A stretch of 63,886 bases of DNA, counting the filler, from Sphacelaria rigidula (Eukaryota), in assembly GCA_964200075.2 (NCBI GenBank). It is 6 parts of 6 records of this genome, joined end to end, with 100 filler letters (N's around TTAATTAATTAA, not from the genome) between each part and the next. Parts side by side here need not be neighbours in the genome. Positions count along the whole stretch, not along the records: positions 10,667 to 21,231 come from CAXNAA020006266.1; positions 21,332 to 31,896 come from CAXNAA020006267.1; 4 more parts are not named here. One strand, 5' to 3'. Made by a program: the position numbers and the translations under genes. Numbering within the stretch: the stretch's first letter is position 1; every line of letters begins with the position of its first letter. Positions 11,263 through 22,933 of the stretch are shown piece by piece. The notes beneath the pieces were generated by a model. The model saw nothing but the letters and a program-made list of their open reading frames with translations, did not search any database and was not told the origin of the DNA.

Positions 11263-13077
11263 CAAGGTTGTGTTCTGTAGGATACGGTTCTCTGTATACC
11301 CGGGGTATTTTCCCGGGTATTTACCGTCCCCCACAGTTCTGTGACTTCTGTAAGGCGTTCATACCGGTACCCGACAGTTGTGTAATCTCTCTAAGAATTT
11401 CATACCCTTATCATATAGTTCTGTGAGTTCTGTAAGCCTCCCGTGCCATCACTGGGGGGTACGGGTACGCTTCTGAGAAGATACCCGATTGCGGGTACGG
11501 TTTTCTGTGCAACCTTTATACACTGCCCGACAGTTTCTGTGAGTTCTGTAAGCCTCCCATACCCTTGCCCGACAGTTTTGTGAGTTATGTACATAATGTT
11601 TTCCCGCACCTGGAGCGCGGGTATGCTCTTGTAGACGAACCCCATAGTCGGCACGGTTTTTCTGTAAGTCTCCCATACCATACCCGACAAGTTCTGCAGT
11701 TTCTGTGAGACTTTTATCCAGTACAGGTACCCGACAGTTCTGTGAGCTCTGTAAGCCTCCCATACCGCTACCCGGGGTTAGGGTATACCGCTGTAGATAT
11801 ACCCGATTGCAGGTACAGCACAGGTGTATACGTTGGAGATGTATGAATATAGGCTCAATCCAAACACAACCTCATGACCTGAAGATGTACCTCCCATCGA
11901 GCAACTCACCCGACTCCTTCATTCAACACTGCACACCAACAAAAAAACAATGTTGTAAAGTTCTTTAGTTTATAATTTGACGGGATGCGAGGTACTGCTG
12001 AGTGGAAACACGAAACATGAGCAGCACTGCAGACCGTCTGAATGGATCACCCCCAGACTCGAGTGGGGCGGCTCACCTGCGCCACCAGGGGAGCAAGTAG
12101 CAAGACGCACGCCATCGACGTTGATGGTGGTTGTGTCGTGGTCATCGAACCCCAGGCCGTTATCGACATGCACAGCAGAGAATATTAGCTGCTACTGGAA
12201 GTTGTCAAGGCCGTCGACGATTCTGTCGTGACGAAGGGCTTCCAGAGAATGTGCAGCCGTGAATGCTCCCTCATGTACACCGTGGGGGTGTACGTGAAGC
12301 CGATAGATGTTGACGATCCCGTGCACATGTACTACGGCGTGTGTTCGTGTAGTATTTCTTCATCAGCCCCGTGAAATGGTTCAGATTTTTTGTTAACGGT
12401 CATCCGTAGTTCGCCACGGTAGTGACGCAGGTCCCACCACAGGGGTGATGATAATACCAAGGTCGCGTTTTGTAGGGTACGGTTTTTCTATACAACTGGG
12501 GTATTTTCCCGGTTATTTACCGTTCCTTACAGTTCTGTGACTTCTGTAAGACTTTTATACCGGTATCCGACAGTTCTGTGACTTCTATAAGGCGTTCATA
12601 CCGGCACCCGACAGTTGTGTAATCTCTCTAAGACTTTCGTATCCTTACCCGATAGTTCTGTGAGTTCTGTAAGCCTCCCGTACCGTCATCGGTGGGCGCC
12701 GGTATGCTCTTGATAAGATACCCGGTTCTGGGTACGGTTCTCTGTGCACACTTCATACCCTGCCCGACAGTTTCTGTGAGTTCTATAAGCCTCTCACACA
12801 CTTACCCGACAGTTCTGTGAGTTCTGTACATAATGATTACCAGTACCCGGAGCGCGGGTATACTCTTGAAGACAAACCCCATTGTCGGCACGGTTTTTCT
12901 GTAAGTCTCCCGTACCGTACCCGACAAGTTCTGCAAATTCTGTAAGATTTTCAAACCGGTACCCGGCAGTTTTTTATTTCTGTGAGACTTTTATACCGGT
13001 ACCCTTTATTTCTTAAAGTTCTGTGAGGAGTCTCATACCCTACAGAACATACCCGCACCCTACAGGACACAACCTTG
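11263..13077. mobile_element. Composite non-autonomous DNA transposon with CAAGG termini and 8-bp TSD (P/hAT-like)
   Basis: Left TIR caaggttgtgttctgtagg at 11263; right TIR cctacaggacacaaccttg ending 13077; flanks catggttc/catgattc; second left end at 12458; internal arrays of ccgacagttctgtgagttctgtaag. Confidence 0.75.
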
Positions 13078-13699
13078 CATGATTCTGCAAAGCGCAATTG
13101 CTTGATATAGCAGCATCTGACTTCTTGGCTCATGTTTGGGATCATGGTTGTGATTTCGATCGGAATCAATGGCGCCTACAGTTGTGCTTTTCAAAGCTTG
13201 GTACGAGTATTTGACTCCGACGCTCCCAATTCTAAACCGACGAAACAGCTGACATATTGCATCCATACATCGATTTATCTCATGCCCTCCAGACAGGTGG
13301 TGAAGCAACTGTATCACTCGGGCCTCCATTCCGCCCAACTCGCACCACATCCGTTGTTGGGAGTGGATCTCGACGGACAGACTCCGAGTGAGTCAGCCAG
13401 ATGGGGCGGGGGAGGAGCGGCGACGCCGCGGACGGCGGCAACTGCGGAACGCGGAGGTTTCGATGGCAAAGGTTTCGCAGGGCCAATACAGTGGACATAT
13501 CTTGCGGTGGTAACAGACTGATGGGGGAGCGGGGCTGCGTCGGTGCCGACAACGGTGCGAAGGGTGGGTGTTGGCACCTTCGCGGCGGTTCGGAAGACGC
13601 CACCATCGTATATTGCGGTACTGACAGGCAGCGGAGAAGTAGCGGCGGCAGCGGACCACCCCAGCCTCCCAGTATTTGCTGTGGTGACGTAATGGCAGT

Positions 13700-15228
13700 G
13701 GGCCTGATCAGAGTATCCACAGCGCAGCTGGACCCGGGATAGGTGAGGGTGAGATGTCTACAGTCCACTGCATCATCCACTCCGAGAGCTTGTTCAAGCA
13801 CTAGGAGAAGTGGCTGGTGACTTTGATCGATACTGATCAGTGGATTATTGTGTTGGTAGCAATGTCTTCCGGGTATATCACGCCGTGGGGCTCCGACGCA
13901 GCCCAAGTCACTGTTGAACGATTGTGAGCGGGGGCCCCCGGTACATCGTCGAGGGCAGGGTGTACAGCTCCACCGAGAATCTGAGGGATGAGAGTGAGAG
14001 CGCTTGGCCGCCCGCCGGACAGTATACGTGATTGACGCCATCTATGAAGATAGCATCATTTGTGTTGACCTACCTTTTGGCTGGATGCGACATCTTACCA
14101 TATGTGTCCAGGATTCCTTTCCTCAAGCTATGGGATTTCGTGCTGAAGGCCCTACGTACGCCGAATCTGTTTACAGCGCCGAAATTCACGGAAGAGGACG
14201 GCATCCTGAAAGTGGACATCGATGAGGGCGTGAAGCTTCCGGCCGCCATATTTTTTTCCAGGGACGAAAACGCTTCTGCGCAAATCGCCACGGATCCGGG
14301 GCTTCTCTTCGCTACGGGGGGGTGGGACTTGGGATCGTATGTCAACAAGATCCGCCTGTGTATCACCACAGTACATGGGCATATGCCTTCCCGGTGCTGC
14401 CCAGACTTGGACGCCTGTCGGAAGCACGTGAGTAAGTCTGACGCGGTATTCGAACACTGGGGAGGGAGGTTTCAGAAGAAAATGCCCACGGTGGACTTCA
14501 ACGGCCGCGGTTGGGTTGTTGAACCCCAGAAGACTCATCACAAGCGGCGCATAAAAGTGGAGAGCAGAGAGGCAGAGGCGCTCACGCGGGACAACATCCT
14601 TATTTATTTATCAAGCCACACGTATGATGATGGGTCCGGGAACGTGTGGACCCTGAGGTGCTTATGTAGCCCGGCAAAGGCGCCACAAAGAGACCACCGC
14701 TGCAAAAAATGTAGGTGTCTGGGGAACTGCACGCTGAGCTGCGGTTGCCAGGGTCGCTGCTTGCTACCCCCGCCGTCCTCTGGGGCAACCGAGGCGACTT
14801 CCAGTGGTGATGCTGACAGTAGAAATGGCGGTGCACGTGACCGATCTATTTCTGCCAGGGGCGGATCCGCGGCGAACCGTGGGAGGCGCGGATCCACAGC
14901 GAAGCGCGGGAGGGACGGATCCACGGCGGACCGTGAAAGGGCCAAGGCGAGTGGAGTGACTAACGCGTCGAGGGCAGCAGTTAGCGTGAGGCACGACGAT
15001 GAGCCGCGCCGGTTTGGCGGCGGGAGTGTGGTGGGAGAGGGATGGGGTCTAGGAATATCCCCGAATCGTCGTTATTGTCGCGACGATGGACATGAAGACT
15101 ACAACAGCGTCGGGTCAAGAAGTGCAGCCGGCATCTGGATTGGATATTCCGATTTGGAGTGCGGCGGGTCGGCGATAGATGACCCGACAACGGAGGCAAA
15201 GAATATCTATGATGATTTCATGTTTTGA
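13700..15228 (+). pseudogene. AcademX-like transposon protein C-terminus: XPG/FEN(PIN)-like nuclease + Cys-rich finger
   Basis: Upstream frame GIGEGEMSTVH...*EKWLVTLIDTDQWIIVLV; then the 398-aa ORF with YLLAGCD, CCPDLDACRKHV..AVFEHW, NGRGW and CLC...CKKCRC..NCTLSCGCQGRC; in-frame stops upstream. Confidence 0.7.
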
Positions 15229-15982
15229 TTGCGCCTGATGGCCAGATTGTAAATATTATTTTGGTTTGTAAAGTGGACTATTGCATTTGCGTTATTCAAG
15301 ATTGTCTCCTCCGGGAGTGGTCACAGAGCCCGCCTCGTGTACATAGTAATGGTGTTCTTTGCATGGTGCAGTGCTCCCTTTGGGGCACAAGTGTGTTGAG
15401 GTTGGTGTGCTAACGCCCTTGGGCGAATCTCCGGTCGTCCGTAACTGCAGGTATTATTGAACACTGGACGAGTTCATATCAAAGATGACTGTAGGTCCAA
15501 CTCTAAACCAAACCACAATCTCCAAGTTTGTCTTTTGTTAATCCTACATGCGTCTATCATTGCACAGTCATCGGCGCTAGTCTGTGGCTGGAATGAACGG
15601 TGGTCTGACATCGAGCGAACCCGGCAATCTTTGCTGTGACGAGTTGTGATGAACGCTGGGGGGAGGGAAGTCCGAACGCGTTGTCCAATGCTTCCTCTTC
15701 AACAAGCTGAACCACTCTGTAGCGCAGCGGATGGTCGATGTGACCACCTTGCCTCCAATTCGTACCACAGTTCCCCTTCGGCAGTACCGCCCCCTTTTTG
15801 ATGCGGAAGAGTAGCGGTATCGCAGACGGTGGAAGCTATCGGCGCAGTACAGGTGGCGACATTACTTGAGAAGCTCTAATCTGAGGCGAGGCTCGTTTCT
15901 TATTCCTATCGCCGAGCCAAGTATATTTCTTAGAGCCATTTTCTTACTTTCCGCACACGTACAATCAATGATGAATCTCTTA

Positions 15983-16462
15983 GGCCACTCCTTATAATGG
16001 ACAAGAATAAAAACCTGGAAAAGTGCCTTTTTGAGACTTTTACGTCGTTTGATGCCCCGAAAGAGAGCTAGACCGACTTTGCCACCTTGGAATGACTTGC
16101 TCCACTAGTTGAGGCAGTTGCAGGACATCTTCCCGTTTTCCCGTGGCCGCAGTTTTTATTTTGGCCAAACAAGATTTTTTTTGTTCAAGAACGGATAAGA
16201 ACACGCGAGTGCGGAGAAAAGTGGCGATTTTTTTTAGATTCGACTATTTTTTACCGTTCCTGAACAAAAATTCTTGTTTGGCCTAAATAAAAACTATGGC
16301 CACGGGAAAACGGGAACAAGTGCTGGAACCGCCTCAACTAGTAGAACAAGTCATTCCAAGGTGTCAAAGTCGGCCTAGCTCTCTTTTGGGGCGTAAAACG
16401 ACGTAGAAGCTCCAAAAAGGCAATTTTCCAGATTTTTATCTTTGTCTATATGAGAAGCGGCC
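15983..16462. mobile_element. Palindromic MITE family A, complete copy with TTA TSD
   Basis: TTA|GGCCACTC...GAAGCGGCC|TTA; arms of ~210 bp are reverse complements; 3-bp TWA TSD is typical of PIF/Harbinger (Tourist). Confidence 0.88.
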
Positions 16463-16911
16463 TTAAAGGCCAATTTCTTATTACTCCCGGACTCGTAGAA
16501 AATGAAGGAATTCTCGAAAACAAGCGTCAATTTTTGCCTTCAAAGGTTAGGTAATATATGAAATACTGTACAAAAGTTGTAGTACTGTACAAGAGTATGT
16601 ACTGACTACTGTACCGTATTCGGCGGCGGGGGAGGTAAAGAGGGCTGGGGCATCCTTGCGTCGAGGGGCTCATGGGTCTGCCACCAGTTTCTTCTTTCCC
16701 AAGGCTGCGGTGTCGATGACAGATTTCTTATTCGCCGGGCCTCTTGAATCTCTCGATTCCTTATCCTTATTTTCGCAATAATCTGAGCAAAATTTGTCAT
16801 TATCGACTTCTTAAAACCTGAAAAATCTGAGCCTCGATTTCTTAACCGGTGACTTCTGGCGCAGCTCGGAACTCCCGTGCTTGCATTATTTCCGCCAGTG
16901 TCGCTCACAGT

Positions 16912-17140
16912 TCACGCTTGTTGCAATCTGAAACGAGTTATCATGCGCTGTATGACCGTATTCTTCCCGACAGCTTGCGGGATGGTCTGAGGGGGGGGGG
17001 GGGGGGGGGGGAGCGGGGGTCTGACGGAGGAGAGGGGGGGGGGGGGGAGAAGGAAAGCGGNNNNNNNNNNGTGTGGTTGGAGCTTCGATGGGGGGTGGGT
17101 GGGGTGGGGGGGGGGGTGGGGGGGGGGGGGGGGGGCTATC
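16912..17140 (+). repeat. Dispersed repeat leading into poly-G tracts, with an N gap
   Basis: 16912-16990 is similar to 50033-50110 (gcgctgtatga core); both run into G homopolymers followed by Ns. Confidence 0.5.
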
Positions 17141-18039
17141 GACGCATCATTCGGGCGACGATGTCCGCGATTTGAAAGCAACTAAACGCGGCGCAATTGC
17201 CACCTGCTCATTTTGGATACCACCGACGATTTGAAGCGCTTTTACACCGCATTCCACGTGTTCTAACACCCCGCACCTAGATGACAATATCTCAACACAT
17301 ACTGGAGGTGCAGAGACAAATCAAATTGCTCTGTGTAGACAAAACGCATATCTATCAACGGGCATATGCTCCAGCGGCGCAGATCCCTGCTGTTGAATAA
17401 AACTTTGAGGTGAAGCAAAGGTCATCTACCGCATATTTCACCCTATACCGACGGTAGGTTGATACGATTTTGGGCTTGAACGACGGCCTGTAGATAATTG
17501 TGCCTGCCTGTAGAGTTTCGGCTCACATGTACCCGTGCAGCGTCAGTAATCGACGATCGAGTGTCTGAGGGGCTTGTTGGAAAATGACTTTTTCGATTGT
17601 ACAAATAGTAACAACGTCTAGGGCTATCCGTCGCTGGTTTGTGCGCTGTACTGGATACAATTGAGTCAAACTTCGTTCAGAATATATCTGCAGATATATA
17701 CTACAGCTATATATCAATATCATTATCGGTGTGCGCTCTGTTCACTTCTTTGATCCTGTGGAGTCCTCGTTTTTGAGGTGATGGTGAAAAACGTGACACT
17801 AACCTGGGCGTACCACTGGGCATTCCTCGATGTTGCTGCTTATTCGGATAATGACCACATGTCTGTGCATATACACCGCAGTCGAGCGAGTTGGAATTGA
17901 TCGTCTTGTCCAGAATTGTCGGCAGTAGCGGATTTTCTCTACCTTCACCGCAAGTTTATATATCCCTGCGTGCCTTTGCGCACTACCTCTGCGCTACTTG
18001 TTCCCGAATATTTGTAGACGAACTGTCCCTTAAGATTCT

Positions 18040-18454
18040 ATGATGGGACGAAGACAGAGAAGTTGTGCAACTAAGGTAACGAAGGTAAATTTCAACAGGG
18101 TGTTCGTTCTTGGGGCATTTGTCAGTGCAATGCAGAAATGCTCCGCTTTTTGTTCGCTGGGAACAGCAACAGGGCCGGCCTTGCTAACTGCGCACGAGGC
18201 TATGGCCAGCGGTGGAGGCTCCCTGTTTGCTAGAAACCTTGCAATTGGTGCTGCTGCACTGCCGGCAGCACTACAGCAGCAGCGACAGTGCAAAACGGGT
18301 CGCAGCAGTAGGAGTTATCAAAGTGCACTGGAGATGAAAGCGTCCGGTGCTTCGAGAGCGAAAGCAACTGCAGCGGCAGGCCGAAAACGAAAATCGAATC
18401 CTAGACGCGGCGGGCCTAGCACCTCCTCGGAGGGTTATTCGGCCGAGGCATTTG
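18040..18454 (+). CDS. First exon of a probable plastid-targeted protein (bipartite presequence)
   Basis: Hydrophobic VFVLGAFVSAMQKCSAF (ASAF-type cleavage motif), then S/A/R-rich transit peptide ending ALEMKAS; canonical G|GTGAGT donor; mature protein not identifiable. Confidence 0.65.
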
Positions 18455-21231
18455 GTGAGTGATGTTACAAGCTATGCGTGAGATGGTGTAAGGTTATCAT
18501 CCGGTTTTGTGCTGGATCAGCGAGAGATCTGTGGGCGTGTATATGCCGGTGTTGTGCTGGTGTGTTGATTGCTCTGTTGAGAAAGTGACTCCAAGAATTC
18601 AAAAAATGGCAAGAAACAAAAACAACGAAAAGGCCCTGTGAGATATGGGCGAGTTCTTGAAATCTTGCGTCAGCTCCATGTTCGTTTCCGCAAAGCACAT
18701 GACCCTGACCGACTCCACCTGGGTATAACCAGCTTATTGCGGCAGACATTTGGACGAGAACGCTTCTCATGTGTGTGGCTTTCGAGGTATTGCAACCCGT
18801 GAGTTTTGGGCAAAATCTCGATTCACCCCTACCTGTTGTGTCCAACGATTACCTGCTATATGTCCGCGCATTGTGCGTCGTGTATCCAAAACTGCAACAG
18901 CTGGATAACACTGTTTCAGTACTACATACAGTACAGTTCGGTTGTAGTAGCTTCGACCCTGTCTTCAACATTTGACAGTTTTTGACTCCCTCGGAGTTTT
19001 CCCGCTATATATCGGCATGCCGTGTACTGTAGATCGTAACTCGTATGGCCGCAAGGAAAGAGAAGAAGGTAGTCATGCCGAGATGCGCAAGTACACTGCG
19101 TGCGCAGACAACGTGCTGCATCCCGAAGCCCGTATCTTCTCTGGTTCACGTGCTTGTACACACGACTACACGGCGCTGTTGAATTGTACCACCCTGCACT
19201 GAGCTGTCTCGTTTTTTTCAAATTCGAATCAACGTGAAACTGGAGTTGCGTACGCACTTCTGATTTTTGTACTACTGTATGATACCAGTACGCTGTCTGT
19301 ACTGCTGTGCGGCCATGTGTAAGAAACAGTGCAGTCAGGAACACTGTGCCTCGCTGGCTTGTTTGAGTGCTGTCACCAACGACGGCTTAGCTAAGCTTTA
19401 CCGTAAATCGAGAACTTTTTTTTCATCTCAAATGTGGTGTCGAAACTACTTGACAGGTCTCCGCCATCATGATCCAATATCTGACCACTCCAACATTTCG
19501 CGACGAAAATCCCTCGTAAGTTTCCGTTATACCGGACTGGGCTTCATTTTCGGTTCTATTCCATGTTGCCACTGCTTGTTGCAAGTGTTGGGGTTCCATC
19601 TCATTTTGTCCCGTCTGTTTTTGGGGCAATGGTAGGGGGCGGAGGTATGTCCCGTCCCGACACCTTCCTGCTTTTCCTCGCCCCGATCCGGTCCTCGAAG
19701 GATATCTGTCAACAGGTCCTGTCAAGTCTCCCGGTATATCGATCCGAAGGCATATACCGTACTGTACGAGGATATTCGCCAGATACGAGATATGTCACCA
19801 GACTCGTGCTGCTGTGGTAGAATCTAGCCCCCTCTTGAGGCACTGTTTGGTTTTGTTCCAACCCTCGGGCTGCGAGCTGCACCTCGGAACAGCTTCGCTG
19901 GCTCACATACACAGGGGTTTCCAGTGGGTAGGCGAATGGTTTTCGATGGTGAGTGGTTACCTGTTCCCCAGAACGACCCATAAGCTCATGAGCACAAACA
20001 TGCGTCTCGCAACTTCCGGAGGACAATATCAAGTCGGGAACCAAGCCCGAACATACCGGAGTTACCATTTCGACTGTTTTGATTGGTCAATGTGATCACT
20101 TTGTTCCCCTACGGAACAACTGCAGAACAACTACCTCGCAGCTTAGCCTTATTCGACCATTTGGGTAACGACCACTCAACCATAGAACAACACAACAAAG
20201 GAGGTGTTATTTGCTCTGTGCGTAGTCTTTGTCCCGTGCCTGGCCCCTCTCGTGGTGTCAAGATGGGTGCACGCTGTAGTGTTCTTGTGCAACACTGAAC
20301 AGACAGTAACGGCAGTGAAGAGCGACGGCATGGTGGTCGTTTCATACCGTTGTATCCAGTCGTCGTCGATGCAAAACGTTCTTGTGCACGGTACGGAAGC
20401 AACAGTAGCAGCGGCAGCAAGAGCAGTACGGACAGTAAAGAAGTACAGTTGAGACAATGTGACGGGCGAACGCGATCGAAACACGCTCACGGTGCACTAG
20501 CACTGCGGAGAACAAACAGATGAAAATCGACGGATGCATTGTTGCATACATGGCCGCAGTGAGTGGGGGCTTCCAGCGTGCATCACTCCAAAGCATGAAA
20601 GCATGTCCCCCACGAAAACAGCTCAGGGGAGACACTTATACTGTACATGTATTTAACCTATGCCTCTATACCGGTTAGGAGCTTTCTAGCACTCATTTCC
20701 ATACGAATGTTACACGTCCACATGTTCATGTAAAAAGTCGTTTTGCCTCTTGAGAAAGCAGCTGTTATGGACCCCCAAATGTCGCATGGTTGATCTCAGT
20801 CACCCTGTGTGTGGGGGGGTCCCAGCCTAAGGATTGATGGTGGTGATGCCACTGGTGTCGAAACATGTTTCATCTGGTATCAAATGACAGCTCTAGTCAA
20901 CAGCTTCCAACGCGGATATTTCTACTGATGACGGAGTTGTGGTTCGGTGTCTCAGAACACGTGATCACTTTCTCCGAAACAACGAAAAACGAGATTTTTC
21001 GCGCTCCTTCTCGACACTGCCAACGACGCTGTTCATGGTGCGAGGATCTGCAAGAATCCTGTGACTAAAGCTTCCGAGAAGATTCTTGGCTCGGACTGTT
21101 AATCGGTTTTTATAGTGGCTTCAGTATAGAGGTACTTGCACAAATCACCCCCCCCCCCACATTTGGAGAGTGACAGCGAACGTCAACAAATGCGCGGTAC
21201 TCGTCTGTAACGAAGATAAGAAAAATCCGGT

Positions 21232-21331
21232 NNNNNNNNNNNNNNNNNNNNNNNNNNNNNNNNNNNNNNNNNNNNTTAATTAATTAANNNNNNNNNNNNN
21301 NNNNNNNNNNNNNNNNNNNNNNNNNNNNNNN
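21232..21331. other. Artificial contig linker
   Basis: Same N44-TTAATTAATTAA-N44 cassette. Confidence 0.98.
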
Positions 21332-21617
21332 GGTGTGCCTGATGAGCACCGTGTTGATCCGACTCTGCCACCACACCACAGCCGTGGCCAAGGGTAGCAG
21401 TGAGAAGGAATCACTCCTTGAAGGTGATTCGGCCCTACACCCGCCGAAAATGCCCTCCCCACGTCGTACCGACAAGATCGGTCATGGCCTTCGTTGGAGG
21501 ACGAGGAACGGAGTAAAAAACACTTTACTCAAAGTTCGAGTGGGTTTGCTCCAAGAGTCAACTAGCCTCTTGTCATACACTACAACCCAAAGTGTCGTGG
21601 AACAATTCAAAAGGTTC

Positions 21618-21870
21618 TGTGACGAAAATACGCCTTACGTTGAGTTGGGAGTGATGATATGGGCAATGACTGAGGGCACGGAGATTCTGGAGGGTTGTGG
21701 ATGATGACCGAGGACACGGATATGGTATCTGCAGGTCTAGCTGGTGCCCCGGAAGGGCACTCCTGAATGATGAGATCTTGTGAAGGCTGACAACTGAAAC
21801 TGAGGCCAGTGAGACTGGGGAGTCCCTCAACAGCAGTGATCCAACAGCGCTTCCACTGGCTGGCGTCACA
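21618..21870 (+). repeat. 5' LTR
   Basis: TGTGACG...CGTCACA; about 24 mismatches to 29664-29916 by manual count (~90% identity). Confidence 0.93.
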
Positions 21871-22174
21871 ATATCGATCTTAGTGCTAGTGCCAGTGAGT
21901 GCTAGAAATCTACTGAAAAAGATCTCGGCGGAGTGAGTCTGGCAGCTGGGGACAACCTGACATCATGGACGCGTGACGGGGTTCAAGCTGGTGGTGGCTG
22001 CAGAAAGGCGGCTGGCCTGTGATTGATCCAGACTGGAGACTTGCTGAAGCTATGTGCAGTGGGAGTTTGGAGGCTCCTACGACTGTGTGGCGCAGCGACG
22101 AAGTAAGGAAAGTGCAATTCGCGAAGGTCCGCTGGCCTGCAGAGGTTCGCAGGTAGCTGGTTACAGCTACAGCT

Positions 22175-22933
22175 ATGGCTACCGGCTCACGAGGTACGTC
22201 CAGCGTGACAACCGTGGTCATGCGGGAAGAATTGCGACCTCCTCAATACGGGGACAGGTACTCAGAGAGTGCATCTCGTACTTTTTATACAAAGTACTTG
22301 AAGTACAAGAGGCGTATGGAGCACGCTAAAGTAGGGGGTGCCGTGCGGCACAAGGTGGTAACTACGGTTCAACAAGTGCCCACGCATGCACAGAGAGGGT
22401 TCGGTCGTTTGGAACATAATGACAGCACTCTCACCTCACCGCAATTGGTTGCGGCGATCAAAAAGCATGCAGGGCATGCGGTGGGCGCCGAGGTAGATCT
22501 GACCCAAGGGTCCGCGGCCGTGGCGAAAGCTGTCGAAACGGATTCTCGGGGGAAAACGATGTTCGAGCGTGTGGAGCCCATCTTGGCTAATTTGGAGAAG
22601 TACTTCACGGAAAACCCGAACGTAGAACTAGTATATCGTTCCCCCGGTGATGAGGTCAATCCCGGCCCGGCAGCAGTAATCACTGAGGCTTTGATGGAGG
22701 GGCTGGCACCGGAAACTTTCAAGCACGCCGTGCTCGTCAAGCTGCAGCACCAATCAGATTGGAAGGACGACCCGTACCTGGTGATGAGCACCGTCGTGGC
22801 CGAGGCCAAGGGGTGGCGGAAAGCAGAGGTGCTCGGCCAGTCGTCCCCCTCTTCGCCAAGATCTTTGCGCAACCATGGCTCGAAATCGGCTGGTCGCGCC
22901 GCGAGTATTACTTGCCACCGCTGTGGTGCTTTG
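22175..22933 (+). pseudogene. gag: Gag of the host Gypsy element, truncated inside the zinc knuckle
   Basis: ORF after the 5' LTR; ends CHRCGAL; homologous to the minus-strand gag at 24328-25323 (WKDDP / WKEDP). Confidence 0.8.

Noticed and set aside
11270..13060. CRISPR-like array from recurring cagttctgtgagttctgtaag motifs
   Set aside because: Repeats are degenerate and irregularly spaced, 'spacers' are duplicated between the two halves, TIRs bound the unit, and there are no cas genes; eukaryotic context
13280..14041. 253-aa minus-strand ORF
   Set aside because: Antisense to the Academ-like relic; no motifs
20740..20960. Possible ancient LINE RT trace
   Set aside because: Only faint motif echoes across frames; not supportable by eye
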